Part shown: one piece after another, positions 29,105-38,816 of the stretch
Layout of the letters: every line of letters begins with the position of its first letter
How positions within the stretch are numbered: the first letter of the stretch is position 1
IMG/VR virus record: IMGVR_UViG_3300046757_000226
Span: 1-57,172 of that record
Direction: 5' to 3' (one strand)
DNA: 57,172 nt
Source: a virus
Lineage: Duplodnaviria; Caudoviricetes
Program-made: the position numbers and the translations under genes
The notes under the pieces: generated by a model
Database searches by the model: none
Told to the model about the DNA's origin: nothing
Seen by the model: the letters and a program-made list of their open reading frames with translations, nothing else

Positions 29105-29133
29105 GTATATACTTACCGATAAGTACTAGTATG
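29102..29133. promoter_or_regulatory. divergent late-type promoter pair
   Basis: Minus: TAAGTA (29115-29110), 5 nt, ATG 29104. Plus: TAAGTA (29120-29125), 5 nt, ATG 29131. Only 26 nt between the two start codons. Confidence 0.75.
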
Positions 29134-29946
29134 ATAAAAGGAATTGGCGGTAAGCCCTATATAAACTTAGACCAGTACTTAGACATTGACGGATTTAAGA
29201 AATTACACCCTGCAATGTCAAAAGGAATGGCACTAGCAAGAGATTACGCAAAAGAAGGTACATGGATGGCACCTGGCTTTGATTGGAAAGACGCTAGTTA
29301 TATAATGAACTGGAAACCAATCTATAAAGCATGGGAAGAATATCAAGCACTAGATGATAATGATCCTATCAAAGTACATGGTAATTCAATAATGCCTACT
29401 GACTTTGGAGATTATAAGCAGCGTAACATATTCACACGTTACTTAAAAACAACTATGGGTGCAAACGATCCATACATATATTATTTTCTTTGGGACGAAG
29501 GTGATTGGAATGAACGCAATGCAGAGCGGAACCGAACACACGAGTCACAGTACTTTCCAGAACTAGTTGAATGGGTGCAAAGTATGCAAACTGAAGGCAT
29601 AATTGATCGTATAGGTAGAGTTATTTTCTTTCATTGTGATCACAATGGCCGAGCATTTGAACATAGAGATTTAGATGCAGATAACGGAGTGCATGATGAC
29701 AAACAATACAGTCCACACAATAATGAATTTATACACATACGTTGGCGCACAAAGCGTGGCTTTTATATATGGGATCCTGAAAGTGAAAACAAACATTACT
29801 TAAATTGTAATGCAGCATTTTGGAATGATCAAGATTGGCATGGCGGCGAGTCTAGCACAGAAGTAGAATACGGATTGCGTATTGATTGCAAGTTTAGTAA
29901 CGCATTCCGTAAGCAATTAGGTATTGATCATTTAGAAAGTTACTAA
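29131..29946 (+). CDS. Fe(II)/2OG or cupin-type oxygenase
   Basis: GRVIFF, FEHRD, FWNDQDWHGG, LRID; start revised from 29029 to 29131. Confidence 0.6.
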   Translation: MIKGIGGKPYINLDQYLDIDGFKKLHPAMSKGMALARDYAKEGTWMAPGFDWKDASYIMNWKPIYKAWEEYQALDDNDPIKVHGNSIMPTDFGDYKQRNIFTRYLKTTMGANDPYIYYFLWDEGDWNERNAERNRTHESQYFPELVEWVQSMQTEGIIDRIGRVIFFHCDHNGRAFEHRDLDADNGVHDDKQYSPHNNEFIHIRWRTKRGFYIWDPESENKHYLNCNAAFWNDQDWHGGESSTEVEYGLRIDCKFSNAFRKQLGIDHLESY

Positions 29947-29947
29947 A

Positions 29948-30442
29948 ATGATATGTATTGGAAACTGGCATCACTTTATTGCTAAAACAACAAAAACACT
30001 AAGAGATGATGTACTTAACAAAGAAGGACAAGCTAGACCAAGAGACTGGCCTCCTGCATTTGCTGTAGAAAGTGCTGAATACAAACGTGCAGAAGAAGCT
30101 GGCTATGACTTATCAGCAGTGAATTGGTGGGTGTACGAAGAAAAAGATTTAGGTAAATTAGATTTGCCTCTAAGTAATTATCATTGGTGGATTACTAAAT
30201 TATATCCTGGACAGTTTATGCCTATGCATACTGATCCACATACACATGAACAATCGTGTAACCGTTATTGGATACCTCTCCAAGATTATCAACCTGGACA
30301 TATTTTTATATATAAAGATAAATTTATAACAGATTACAAAGCCTACGATGTATTTGAATATGAAAATGAACAAGACATGCATGGCGCTGCTAATATAGGA
30401 CATACTCCAAGGGTAGTTTTACAGGTCACTGAGTATGTCTAA
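29948..30442 (+). CDS. Fe(II)/2OG oxygenase
   Basis: PGQFMPMHTD, MHGAANIG, PRVVLQ. Confidence 0.7.
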   Translation: MICIGNWHHFIAKTTKTLRDDVLNKEGQARPRDWPPAFAVESAEYKRAEEAGYDLSAVNWWVYEEKDLGKLDLPLSNYHWWITKLYPGQFMPMHTDPHTHEQSCNRYWIPLQDYQPGHIFIYKDKFITDYKAYDVFEYENEQDMHGAANIGHTPRVVLQVTEYV

Positions 30443-31565
30443 CACATACTGTCCAATGCCATTTATTGGTTCTAGTTTACAAAGTGACGGGCTTGTACTT
30501 CCTTGTGGACAGTACATGGATGTTGCGCCCTATAAAGGTAAATCTATTACCGAAGCACGTAAAGAGATGCAGTGTATTAGAAAAACAATGCTTGACGGTA
30601 AGCATGATAGTGGTTGTCAATGTCCTGCAGAAGAAGCTGCTGGATTGCCTAGTATGAGGCAAGATGCTTTACAAAAGTTTGGAGTACAACCGTTTGGACA
30701 ACTAAAAACAGTTGAAATATTTTTTGATAATGTATGTAATTTAAAATGTAGAATGTGTTCTAGCACACATAGTCATTTATGGTACGAAGAAGAAAAAGAA
30801 TTATACGGAGTAACATACAATCCTACAAAGTATACAAAAAGTAATTTATCAAAAGAAATTGATGTTAAAGAGTTACAAGAAATAAGAATCTATGGCGGTG
30901 AGCCTTTACAGTCACAAGAAGCTGAAGCATTTTTTAAAAGATTATTAGACGAAGCAATAGTTGAAAACTTAACAATTGAAATGAGTACTAATGGTACTTT
31001 AATTCCGCAACAGTATACGTTAGAAGTTTTTAAACGTTGTAAGAATTTAAGACTTAACCTTAGTATTGACGGTTACGGTAAACTTAATGAATTTATTCGT
31101 AGCGGCTGCAATTGGGATAGTATGCTTGAAGTAATGGATTGGTTTCATAGTTTTATAGATGAACGTCAGGATAATACTTTAATTCAAGTACACAGTGCAT
31201 TAGGAGTATATAATGTTAATTTGATAGACGAATTACATTCGTTTATTAAACAAACTTATCCAAAATTTAGTACTACAGTACAAATGATACAATATCCTTC
31301 ATTCCTTAATATTCAAAATATGCCTAACGATTATAAAATTTTAATCGAACCGTTTGTTGATGATAAAATTAAATCATATATGTACGGCAACATAGCAAAC
31401 AATCAATTCAATCATTTTGCAAACTATCATAAAAAATTAAATAAAATTAGAAACGAAGAATTTAGTTGCAATAAACTTTTACAAGACTACATTGATACAT
31501 ATGCTAAAGAAACAGATAGCAGTGAATTTTTTATAGAACATATTAAATTTTTAACAGGTCAGTAA
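30435..31565 (+). CDS. radical SAM enzyme with N-terminal Twitch-like cluster
   Basis: YCPMPF...LPC...GCQC, CNLKCRMC, YGGEP, STNGT, LSIDG. Confidence 0.9.
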   Translation: MSNTYCPMPFIGSSLQSDGLVLPCGQYMDVAPYKGKSITEARKEMQCIRKTMLDGKHDSGCQCPAEEAAGLPSMRQDALQKFGVQPFGQLKTVEIFFDNVCNLKCRMCSSTHSHLWYEEEKELYGVTYNPTKYTKSNLSKEIDVKELQEIRIYGGEPLQSQEAEAFFKRLLDEAIVENLTIEMSTNGTLIPQQYTLEVFKRCKNLRLNLSIDGYGKLNEFIRSGCNWDSMLEVMDWFHSFIDERQDNTLIQVHSALGVYNVNLIDELHSFIKQTYPKFSTTVQMIQYPSFLNIQNMPNDYKILIEPFVDDKIKSYMYGNIANNQFNHFANYHKKLNKIRNEEFSCNKLLQDYIDTYAKETDSSEFFIEHIKFLTGQ

Positions 31566-31569
31566 ATAT

Positions 31570-32586
31570 CTATAAGTTAACAGTGTCTATAGTGTCTGTA
31601 TATTTTTTAAATTTAGGCATAACTTCAGCTTCAACTTTTCTAATATCTACAGGATTTTTAGGACACATACTACATTCGTCAATATGACAATATATGTTTT
31701 TCATCATGTCTGCAATATTATCAGGAGTACATGTAGTTAAGTCTAGTGCTTTATAGCCTAAATACTTTTCCCATGCAGGATCATCTAGTGCATCGTATCT
31801 TTTTAACATAGTTTCTAATGTTCCGAGCGCAGCACATTTATAAATTTTTTTATCTTTAAGCAATGCGCAGAATCCACTTGGACAACTATTCCAATATGAT
31901 GATTTTGGATCGTCACTGTCAAACGGTTTTGGCTGTCCGTCAACCCATTTAGTTATACTTTTAAAGTAAGGCGATTCAATATAGTATATGCCATATCCGT
32001 CACCAATCCAGCTGCGATCGTTCTCGTCTAAACAATCATATGAAAACCCTATAGTGTCCATATGTGCTAACCATTCTTGGCCACCTGCCTCCATATCGAT
32101 AACTTGTTCCCACCAGTCACCGCCAGTGGCCGGCACAGTTAAATCTAAACGTCTTGCAAGTTCTTCTGTATTTGCAAGTACTTTCTCAGAGTAACTGCTG
32201 TCTACAAATTCTGGAAAGTGATTGCACACTTGTACCATAAGATTATATTTCTTAGTCATCTCTACAACACGATCCATATTATCTTTGCGATCTAATAAAG
32301 ATCCGTTAGTTGGAAAGAATACAGTAGCAGTAGGTTCTAATGTCCTAAGATATGCAATAATTTCTTCAACCTTGTCTAAGTACAACAAAGGTTCTCCGCC
32401 TAGTACGCCCCATATGTTAACATTAAAGTTTTTGTGAGCAAGGTATATACTTTCTTTAATGTTATCCATTTCAGGGTCATCTATACCTTTGCCACGTATA
32501 TGGTCACTTCTTGTGTCACACTGATTACAAGCTAAGTTACACTTATTACCATAAAAGATATCTAAGATCTTAATGTCCCTTTTCAT
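31570..32586 (-). CDS. radical SAM enzyme (C-terminal KC...CxxCP type)
   Basis: CNLACNQC, LGGEP, PTNG, IYKC...CSMCP. Confidence 0.9.
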   Translation of the reverse strand: MKRDIKILDIFYGNKCNLACNQCDTRSDHIRGKGIDDPEMDNIKESIYLAHKNFNVNIWGVLGGEPLLYLDKVEEIIAYLRTLEPTATVFFPTNGSLLDRKDNMDRVVEMTKKYNLMVQVCNHFPEFVDSSYSEKVLANTEELARRLDLTVPATGGDWWEQVIDMEAGGQEWLAHMDTIGFSYDCLDENDRSWIGDGYGIYYIESPYFKSITKWVDGQPKPFDSDDPKSSYWNSCPSGFCALLKDKKIYKCAALGTLETMLKRYDALDDPAWEKYLGYKALDLTTCTPDNIADMMKNIYCHIDECSMCPKNPVDIRKVEAEVMPKFKKYTDTIDTVNL

Positions 32587-33307
32587 ATTGTTTCCTATAA
32601 CTGTTTGCTACCAAATCAATAAAGTCCATTTTTCTACCGCCAGGTATTCCGTGTGCAATTAAATGTGTTCTTGTGTGTAGACTATTATTTATAACACTGT
32701 GATAGTTGCGTATGTTAATAATAAATGCTCGCCCTGATAAAAAAGGAACAACTCCGTGACCTTCTAATGTCATTTTACACATAGGGGGATGTGTAATTGC
32801 TACGTTAATAGGAACACCAAAATCTAACATATCAATACCTTGTTCTCCGGGTAAGCGACCCGGCGCATCACTATGTGGACTTATAATTCCTTTTGATTTA
32901 AGTTCCATAAAACGTATACGTCTATAACTTTGGTAAGGGAAGTCTTCCCAAAAACTTTTAATCATAGGCGTATGTTCACTTAGGCTAGTCCATTTGTACG
33001 GCACATCTTCTTCGCTAGTCCAATCGCCATAGTTTGTCCATGCACCAGTTTTATCAACATCAATGCCATGTATACAAGCACTGTTCCAACCTGGATGATC
33101 GTTACCTCGATGATTTACATAAGTTGCCTTAGTAGCTTCAGATGCCCACTGTTTGTATGGTATGTCAACATCAAGTTGTAACCAAGCAAAATCACTACGG
33201 TTCAATAGCCAACTTGCAATATCATAGTTAGAAGTGCAGTAGCTAGGCGCTTTAGGTAGTTTTGAATCAAAGTGTTTGTTGGCGTTATAAAAATCAACAG
33301 CGTTCAT
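32570..33307 (-). CDS. Fe(II)/2OG oxygenase (Asp/Asn beta-hydroxylase-like)
   Basis: RIRFMEL, ISPHSD, YHSVIN, RTHLI. Confidence 0.75.
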   Translation of the reverse strand: MNAVDFYNANKHFDSKLPKAPSYCTSNYDIASWLLNRSDFAWLQLDVDIPYKQWASEATKATYVNHRGNDHPGWNSACIHGIDVDKTGAWTNYGDWTSEEDVPYKWTSLSEHTPMIKSFWEDFPYQSYRRIRFMELKSKGIISPHSDAPGRLPGEQGIDMLDFGVPINVAITHPPMCKMTLEGHGVVPFLSGRAFIINIRNYHSVINNSLHTRTHLIAHGIPGGRKMDFIDLVANSYRKQYEKGH

Positions 33308-33349
33308 AACTATATTTATGTGCGCATATTATAGATAAGTATTTATATG
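33305..33349. promoter_or_regulatory. divergent late-type promoter pair
   Basis: Minus: TAAATA (33318-33313), 5 nt, ATG 33307. Plus: TAAGTA (33336-33341), 5 nt, ATG 33347. Near-palindrome ATGTGCGCATAT between them. Confidence 0.75.
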
Positions 33350-34195
33350 GTTAAAGTCTCACACCTTGAATGGCATGTAGCTCATGCTTGTAATTTTACC
33401 TGCGAACAATGTTGCCATTTTTCTAATCATGGGCACAACATTCCTGTTGAATATGATGAAATTAAACAATGGTACAATGATTGGTCGCATAGAATAGCAC
33501 CAGCAACAATTGATATACTTGGCGGCGAGCCCTTACTTAACAAACGTATTTGTGATATTGTAGAGCTTACACGTAAGAAATGGGATAAACCTAGCTTAGA
33601 AAAACTTGACATAACTACCAATGGTGTGTTATTATATAAGTATCCTGATTTACCTAAAGTATTAAGAGATAACAACTGCGGGTTAAAAATATCAAAACAT
33701 GGAACTAATGCAGAGTACAACGAGCTATGGAAAAGTATAGAAAGTATTGCATTAGAGTGGAAAGAACAATATGGAATAAATGTAGATTTTTGGAAATCAG
33801 ATATTGTTTGGTATAAAATGTATAAAGGCTTTGGATCACACATGGAACCATACGAAGATAATGATCCTGAGGAAAGTTGGAATAACTGTATTACAGGACA
33901 AGACTGCTGGCAAATACATCAAGGCAACATATATAAATGTGCGCCATTAGCATATTTGCCTATGACAAGTAATCTTTATAATTTGTCAAACAAATGGGAT
34001 CATTATTTGTCTTATAAAGCAATTACGCCTGATTGTACAGACAAAGAACTGCAAGAATTTTTTAATCGCAAAGCAGAAAGTTTTTGCGGAATGTGTCCTA
34101 AAAATCCACAACTACTGAATAGAAAAAACGATCCTAGACTATCTAGAAAGTATTACGAGCAACCAATAAAGATTATTAATGAACAAGTACAATAG
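33347..34195 (+). CDS. radical SAM enzyme (C-terminal KC...CxxCP type)
   Basis: CNFTCEQC, LGGEP, TTNG, GNIYKC...CGMCP. Confidence 0.9.
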   Translation: MVKVSHLEWHVAHACNFTCEQCCHFSNHGHNIPVEYDEIKQWYNDWSHRIAPATIDILGGEPLLNKRICDIVELTRKKWDKPSLEKLDITTNGVLLYKYPDLPKVLRDNNCGLKISKHGTNAEYNELWKSIESIALEWKEQYGINVDFWKSDIVWYKMYKGFGSHMEPYEDNDPEESWNNCITGQDCWQIHQGNIYKCAPLAYLPMTSNLYNLSNKWDHYLSYKAITPDCTDKELQEFFNRKAESFCGMCPKNPQLLNRKNDPRLSRKYYEQPIKIINEQVQ

Positions 34196-35096
34196 AACAC
34201 ATATGCCATTCGGAAATGCATTTTCAGTTGCAGATGACGAAGTAATGAAACTTTATACGCAAGACGCACCTCCTGCGATTGCACTTATGGATAACGACAT
34301 CCATACAAAGTTTTTAACTGAATATCGCGCATGGATAATGAAAACTAACAACAACCGAGTGACAGGATTAGACGAATACAAGTATGCTTGTTTTACAAAT
34401 GGTACTACAGAAGCATTTGATAAATTTTATGCAAAACATAGTACTAGAAGATTCCGTTTTTTTAAAGGTGAATACTTATACCACAGGCTAAGTTGCAGAA
34501 ACAATAAATTTGATTGGGAATATCTAGAAGATAAAAAATTAACAAAAGACGATGCTGTAATTATTAGTTTGCCGTTTTCAGACACAGGCAATAAACACAC
34601 TAATATGGATTTTATATTACAAAATTGTACAGCATTAGGTATTCCTGTATTATTAGATTGTGCATATTTTGGAGTATGCAATGACTTTAATTTTGACTTA
34701 ACACACCAATGTATTACTGATGTTACATTTAGTCTTTCAAAAAGTTTATATGCAGCACATCTAAGAATTGGTATGCGGTTAACAAGAGAAGACGATGATG
34801 ATCCATTATTTGTAACAAATAAAATTGGATATGTTAATCGTGCATCTGCTCACATTGGTAGAAAGTTAATAAAAAGATTTAGCCCAGATTATATCTATAA
34901 TAAGTACAGAGCACGACAGTTAGAAATATGTAATATTTTAAACGTTGAACCAAGTAACTGTGTGTTATTTGGCATAGGTGATAATAAGTGGAACGAATAT
35001 AATAGAGATAGAGAAACAAACAGGTTGAGTTTTCACAAATATTTAAACATTAGTGATAATACTGACTTGAGGAGGATTGCAAATGAAAAAAGGTAA
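34179..35096 (+). CDS. PLP-dependent fold-type I enzyme (class I/II aminotransferase-like)
   Basis: TNGTTEAF, LLDCAY, FSLSKSL (PLP lysine), RIG. Confidence 0.8.
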   Translation: MNKYNRTHMPFGNAFSVADDEVMKLYTQDAPPAIALMDNDIHTKFLTEYRAWIMKTNNNRVTGLDEYKYACFTNGTTEAFDKFYAKHSTRRFRFFKGEYLYHRLSCRNNKFDWEYLEDKKLTKDDAVIISLPFSDTGNKHTNMDFILQNCTALGIPVLLDCAYFGVCNDFNFDLTHQCITDVTFSLSKSLYAAHLRIGMRLTREDDDDPLFVTNKIGYVNRASAHIGRKLIKRFSPDYIYNKYRARQLEICNILNVEPSNCVLFGIGDNKWNEYNRDRETNRLSFHKYLNISDNTDLRRIANEKR

Positions 35097-36357
35097 AATT
35101 ATTAATATAGAATGGATGTGTGATTACAACTATTTTACTGATGAAGAATTCATGCCAATAAAAACAAAACTTCTAAAAGAAGAATTAACTAACACAGCAG
35201 CAGAGGGTGTTAATACTGTACTTGGAATATTATTCCTTGATGGGTTTTTACCTATTCCTGATAAACAGGCATTTATAGATCATATACAAGAGTTAGTTGA
35301 TCATGCAAAAAGTGTCGGTATAGATGACTTTTATATTGTTAGTGGACACGGTGAAACGTTTGAAGGACTACCTTGCAAACATTATTTCTTTGATAATGTA
35401 TTTAGAATTTGTTTAAATGCTTACAGAAATTTATATGATAGATTGCCACAACATTGGGATACTACAAAGGATAAAGCATTACTGTTAGGAGGAATGCCTG
35501 ATAGGTGCAATAGAATTGGCTTATTAGCAAGATTTTATGATCACGGCATGGTACCTAGTCAAATTAATCACACTTTTTTCCCACCTTGGGCACCTAATGA
35601 TCAAGAATGGTGTAAGAACTATATGCTTACAAATTTCCAACATTGGGACGAAGAAAAATATAATCAATTTCTAATTGATTGTGAAAAGCGAGTTGACGAT
35701 AGATATTTGACATGCATGGATTGGTATGGAAATTATACAAGAGAAGAATTTGATAGACCTTGGTATGAAGTACGTGATACTGAATGGGTAAGAAATCCTA
35801 CACTTATTGATTCCAAAGTATACGAAGATGTGCTATTTGATGTTGTAAGTGAAGGTCCTAATTACTGGGGTACTGGAAACTATGAATTTCTTACAGAAAA
35901 ACTTTGGCGTTGTATTTTACATAGAAGACCTTTTATTTTAGCAGCTTGGCCCGGGCAATGGGATTACTTAGAACACTTAGGATATAAGACTTTTGCAGAA
36001 TATCTTCCTATACCAGACTATGGTAAAATTGAAGATGACGAAGAGCGCATGGTTGCTGTAGTTGAAAATACAAAGTATCTTTTATCTCATAGAGAACATG
36101 ATGAAGAAATAGCTAAAGATGTAGAGTTTAATTATAATTTGTTAATGCAAAAAAATGACGAACAAAAAACAATGTGGAGACATTGGCATGACGATTTAGG
36201 AGTAGATTGGTGGCAACTAGAAAAGCTAATTGTTAATCGTATTGGTTATGACGATGTTATTATGAACTTACCAGAAGAATATTTACCTGACCATCTGTAT
36301 GATGACTCGGACAGGGGCACAGGTCATCGTGCTGATAATAAAGGCAATAATGAATGA
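35083..36357 (+). CDS. GT-B fold glycosyltransferase-like protein (GT10-like TEK motif), paralog of 7547-8887
   Basis: FDVVSE...FLTEKLWR...RPFIL...LGYKTF; GAGGAGG SD before ATG 35083. Confidence 0.55.
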   Translation: MKKGKIINIEWMCDYNYFTDEEFMPIKTKLLKEELTNTAAEGVNTVLGILFLDGFLPIPDKQAFIDHIQELVDHAKSVGIDDFYIVSGHGETFEGLPCKHYFFDNVFRICLNAYRNLYDRLPQHWDTTKDKALLLGGMPDRCNRIGLLARFYDHGMVPSQINHTFFPPWAPNDQEWCKNYMLTNFQHWDEEKYNQFLIDCEKRVDDRYLTCMDWYGNYTREEFDRPWYEVRDTEWVRNPTLIDSKVYEDVLFDVVSEGPNYWGTGNYEFLTEKLWRCILHRRPFILAAWPGQWDYLEHLGYKTFAEYLPIPDYGKIEDDEERMVAVVENTKYLLSHREHDEEIAKDVEFNYNLLMQKNDEQKTMWRHWHDDLGVDWWQLEKLIVNRIGYDDVIMNLPEEYLPDHLYDDSDRGTGHRADNKGNNE

Positions 36358-37271
36358 AGAAGTGTGCAGCATTTTGGAAACATACTAATTTAAGAAATAG
36401 CGACAAGATATTCCCATGTTGTCGTTTTAAACAGCCTGTTGGCGTCTTTGATGGAAATGTTTCTGAAATATTACACAGCGATGTTTATAATAAACTAAGA
36501 CTAACAGATGTTTCTACTCTGCCAGCTTGTGCAAAATGTATGTACGAAGAAGATAACGGCAAAAAAAGTTTACGTGAAAAATTTAATGAAACATACGACA
36601 TGGAAACTATTGGCTTAGAATATTTAGAAGTAGGTTTAGACAACATATGTAATCTAACTTGTGATGGATGTTGGGCAGAGTTTAGCAGCAGTTGGAGTGA
36701 AAAACAGTTTCCTGACAAGCCAAAAAGTTTTCATATACGTTCTGGCAAAGACATTGAAGTATTGCCTGACACACTTAACAAAATATTATTTTTAGGCGGC
36801 GAGCCATTAATGACAACACGTCATTATAAAATTCTACAAAAGATAAAAACGCCTGAAAATGTAGAAGTGACGTACAATACAAACGCAACATTTATGTTGT
36901 CCGAGCAACATATAAGTTTACTAAACACATTTAAGAAAGTACATTTTATAGTTAGTATAGATGCTTACGGTGAACTAAATGACAAAGTACGCAGCGGAAG
37001 TAAATGGAGCCAGATACTTGAATTTATTGATCAAATCAAAAGCACTAAATTTAGCATGTCAATAAACAGCGTATTACATATTAATAACTGGCGCGGCTTT
37101 ATAGACTTAGAAAATTTTGTCAATGAAGTTAATGTTGATTGGGAAGTTAATGTATTAACTTTTCCTAAGCATTTAGACGTAGCTAATAATAACAACAAAA
37201 AAGAAGTTTTAGATTTAATAAGAAAAACAAATATACCAAATAAAGAATATGTTATTAACCACTTATCATAA
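36354..37271 (+). CDS. radical SAM enzyme with N-terminal Twitch-like cluster
   Basis: KCAAFW...PCC...CAKC, CNLTCDGC, LGGEP, NTNAT, VSIDA. Confidence 0.9.
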   Translation: MKKCAAFWKHTNLRNSDKIFPCCRFKQPVGVFDGNVSEILHSDVYNKLRLTDVSTLPACAKCMYEEDNGKKSLREKFNETYDMETIGLEYLEVGLDNICNLTCDGCWAEFSSSWSEKQFPDKPKSFHIRSGKDIEVLPDTLNKILFLGGEPLMTTRHYKILQKIKTPENVEVTYNTNATFMLSEQHISLLNTFKKVHFIVSIDAYGELNDKVRSGSKWSQILEFIDQIKSTKFSMSINSVLHINNWRGFIDLENFVNEVNVDWEVNVLTFPKHLDVANNNNKKEVLDLIRKTNIPNKEYVINHLS

Positions 37272-37272
37272 T

Positions 37273-37761
37273 ATGTTGAGCAAAGCAATAGAAGAAGCTC
37301 AGAGTATAGATTATATCAAGCCGTATCTTTTGAAGGTAACTGATGTAGACGATTCTCCTGATTTGACTGATATTCATCCTAGAGATAGAGAAGACATGGA
37401 TATGAGATTTCTATCGCCTTTAATTCATAAGGATATATTTAAGTTAACTAGTAAATTAATAGAACAAGACTCTAATATTATAGATGCACTTATAATAGCA
37501 TTTGCACCTCAAACACAATTATACGAACACGTAGATACAGTTGAGCTAGAACCGTATGCTAAAATAGATTGGTTAAGTGTTTATATGCCTATGTTTGTTC
37601 CTAGTATAGACTCTAGTAAAGTTGGTGTAAAAGTAGGAGACATAATTTATGATCATAAAGAAACAATTATATTTGACACGCAGATTCCTCACAGTGCTTG
37701 GAACTGGACAGACGACTGGTGGGTGTCGCTTAGACTTAGTGTAAAGAAAGAAATAATATGA
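37273..37761 (+). CDS. Fe(II)/2OG oxygenase (Asp/Asn beta-hydroxylase-like)
   Basis: LYEHVD, FDTQIPHSAWN; similar to 27838-28419. Start 37273 or 37249. Confidence 0.65.
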   Translation: MLSKAIEEAQSIDYIKPYLLKVTDVDDSPDLTDIHPRDREDMDMRFLSPLIHKDIFKLTSKLIEQDSNIIDALIIAFAPQTQLYEHVDTVELEPYAKIDWLSVYMPMFVPSIDSSKVGVKVGDIIYDHKETIIFDTQIPHSAWNWTDDWWVSLRLSVKKEII

Positions 37762-38816
37762 AGATATCAACTAACAATCATTGGGATCCGCTAGAAGAAA
37801 TAGTAGTAGGTATTGCAGATCATGCTCGTGTACCTACAGTAGATGCAAGCACAATGAACATGAGTTATACTAACTATGACATTGAAGATGTTAAGCCGTT
37901 AGAAGGCGCATACCCAAAATGGTTGATTGACGAAGCAAATGAAGATCTACAAGGTGTAGCCGACACACTTACTAGTTTAGGTGTTAAAGTACATAGACCT
38001 AAAGCACTTGACCATAGCGTAAAGTACAGCACACCAGAATGGGAAACAACAGGATGGTATACATGGTGTCCAAGAGATCTGTTACTACCGCTAAACAATT
38101 TAATGATTGAAACACCTAGTGCATGTCGTTCGCGGTTGTTTGAAACAAGAGCATACCATGACATATACTTAGAAGCAGTACGTGACGGTGTAGAATGGAT
38201 TGCTGCACCAAAGCCTATACTGCCAGATGAAAGTTTTCAGTTTGAAGACATTGACGGCAAACCTAGTTTGCGTAATTTAGAACCTATTTTTGATGCACCA
38301 AATTGTGTACGTTTAGGTAAAGACATTCTATTCCAAATTAGTAATACTGGTAACCATTTAGGTATGCAGTGGTTAAAGAATACACTAGAGCCTAGAGGAT
38401 ATAGGATACATGCTGCTGAACACATTTATAGTTTTGCACACATGGATAGTACTATTGTTCCATTAGCACCTGGAAAAGTATTGTTAAACAGCACAAGAGT
38501 AAATCCGAATAACTGTCCTAAGGTATTTGAAAAATGGGATAAGATTTATTTTGAAGATGTAAATATTAATCCAGCAACAGATTCGGGACCAGGCAGCATT
38601 AGCCCATGTTCACCTTATATTGGTATGAATATATTAAGTGTAGATCCGACTACAGTTATTGTAGGTGATGATCAAACTAATTTAATACGTGTATTAGAAC
38701 AGCAAGGGTTTACTGTAGCACCTGTAAAAATGCGTCATGCACAAACACTTAGTGGCGGACTGCATTGTACTACATTAGATTTACGCAGACGAGGCGGCTT
38801 AGAAGATTATACTTGA
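37758..38816 (+). CDS. amidinotransferase (glycine / inosamine-phosphate amidinotransferase family)
   Basis: WDPLEEIVVG, CPRD, FDA, HMDS, GGLHCTTLD give the Cys-His-Asp pentein catalytic set. Confidence 0.9.
   Translation: MKISTNNHWDPLEEIVVGIADHARVPTVDASTMNMSYTNYDIEDVKPLEGAYPKWLIDEANEDLQGVADTLTSLGVKVHRPKALDHSVKYSTPEWETTGWYTWCPRDLLLPLNNLMIETPSACRSRLFETRAYHDIYLEAVRDGVEWIAAPKPILPDESFQFEDIDGKPSLRNLEPIFDAPNCVRLGKDILFQISNTGNHLGMQWLKNTLEPRGYRIHAAEHIYSFAHMDSTIVPLAPGKVLLNSTRVNPNNCPKVFEKWDKIYFEDVNINPATDSGPGSISPCSPYIGMNILSVDPTTVIVGDDQTNLIRVLEQQGFTVAPVKMRHAQTLSGGLHCTTLDLRRRGGLEDYT

Noticed and set aside
31563-31568. TAAATA pointing antisense into the rSAM gene 31570-32586
   Set aside because: Formed by a TAA stop plus AT-rich bases, with no ATG at the expected spacing; likely chance.
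37758-38816. Amidinotransferase as archaeosine synthase for the que module
   Set aside because: It has pentein-fold motifs (CPRD, HMD, GGLHC), unrelated to ArcS, QueF-like or GAT-QueC enzymes, and sits in a separate late operon.
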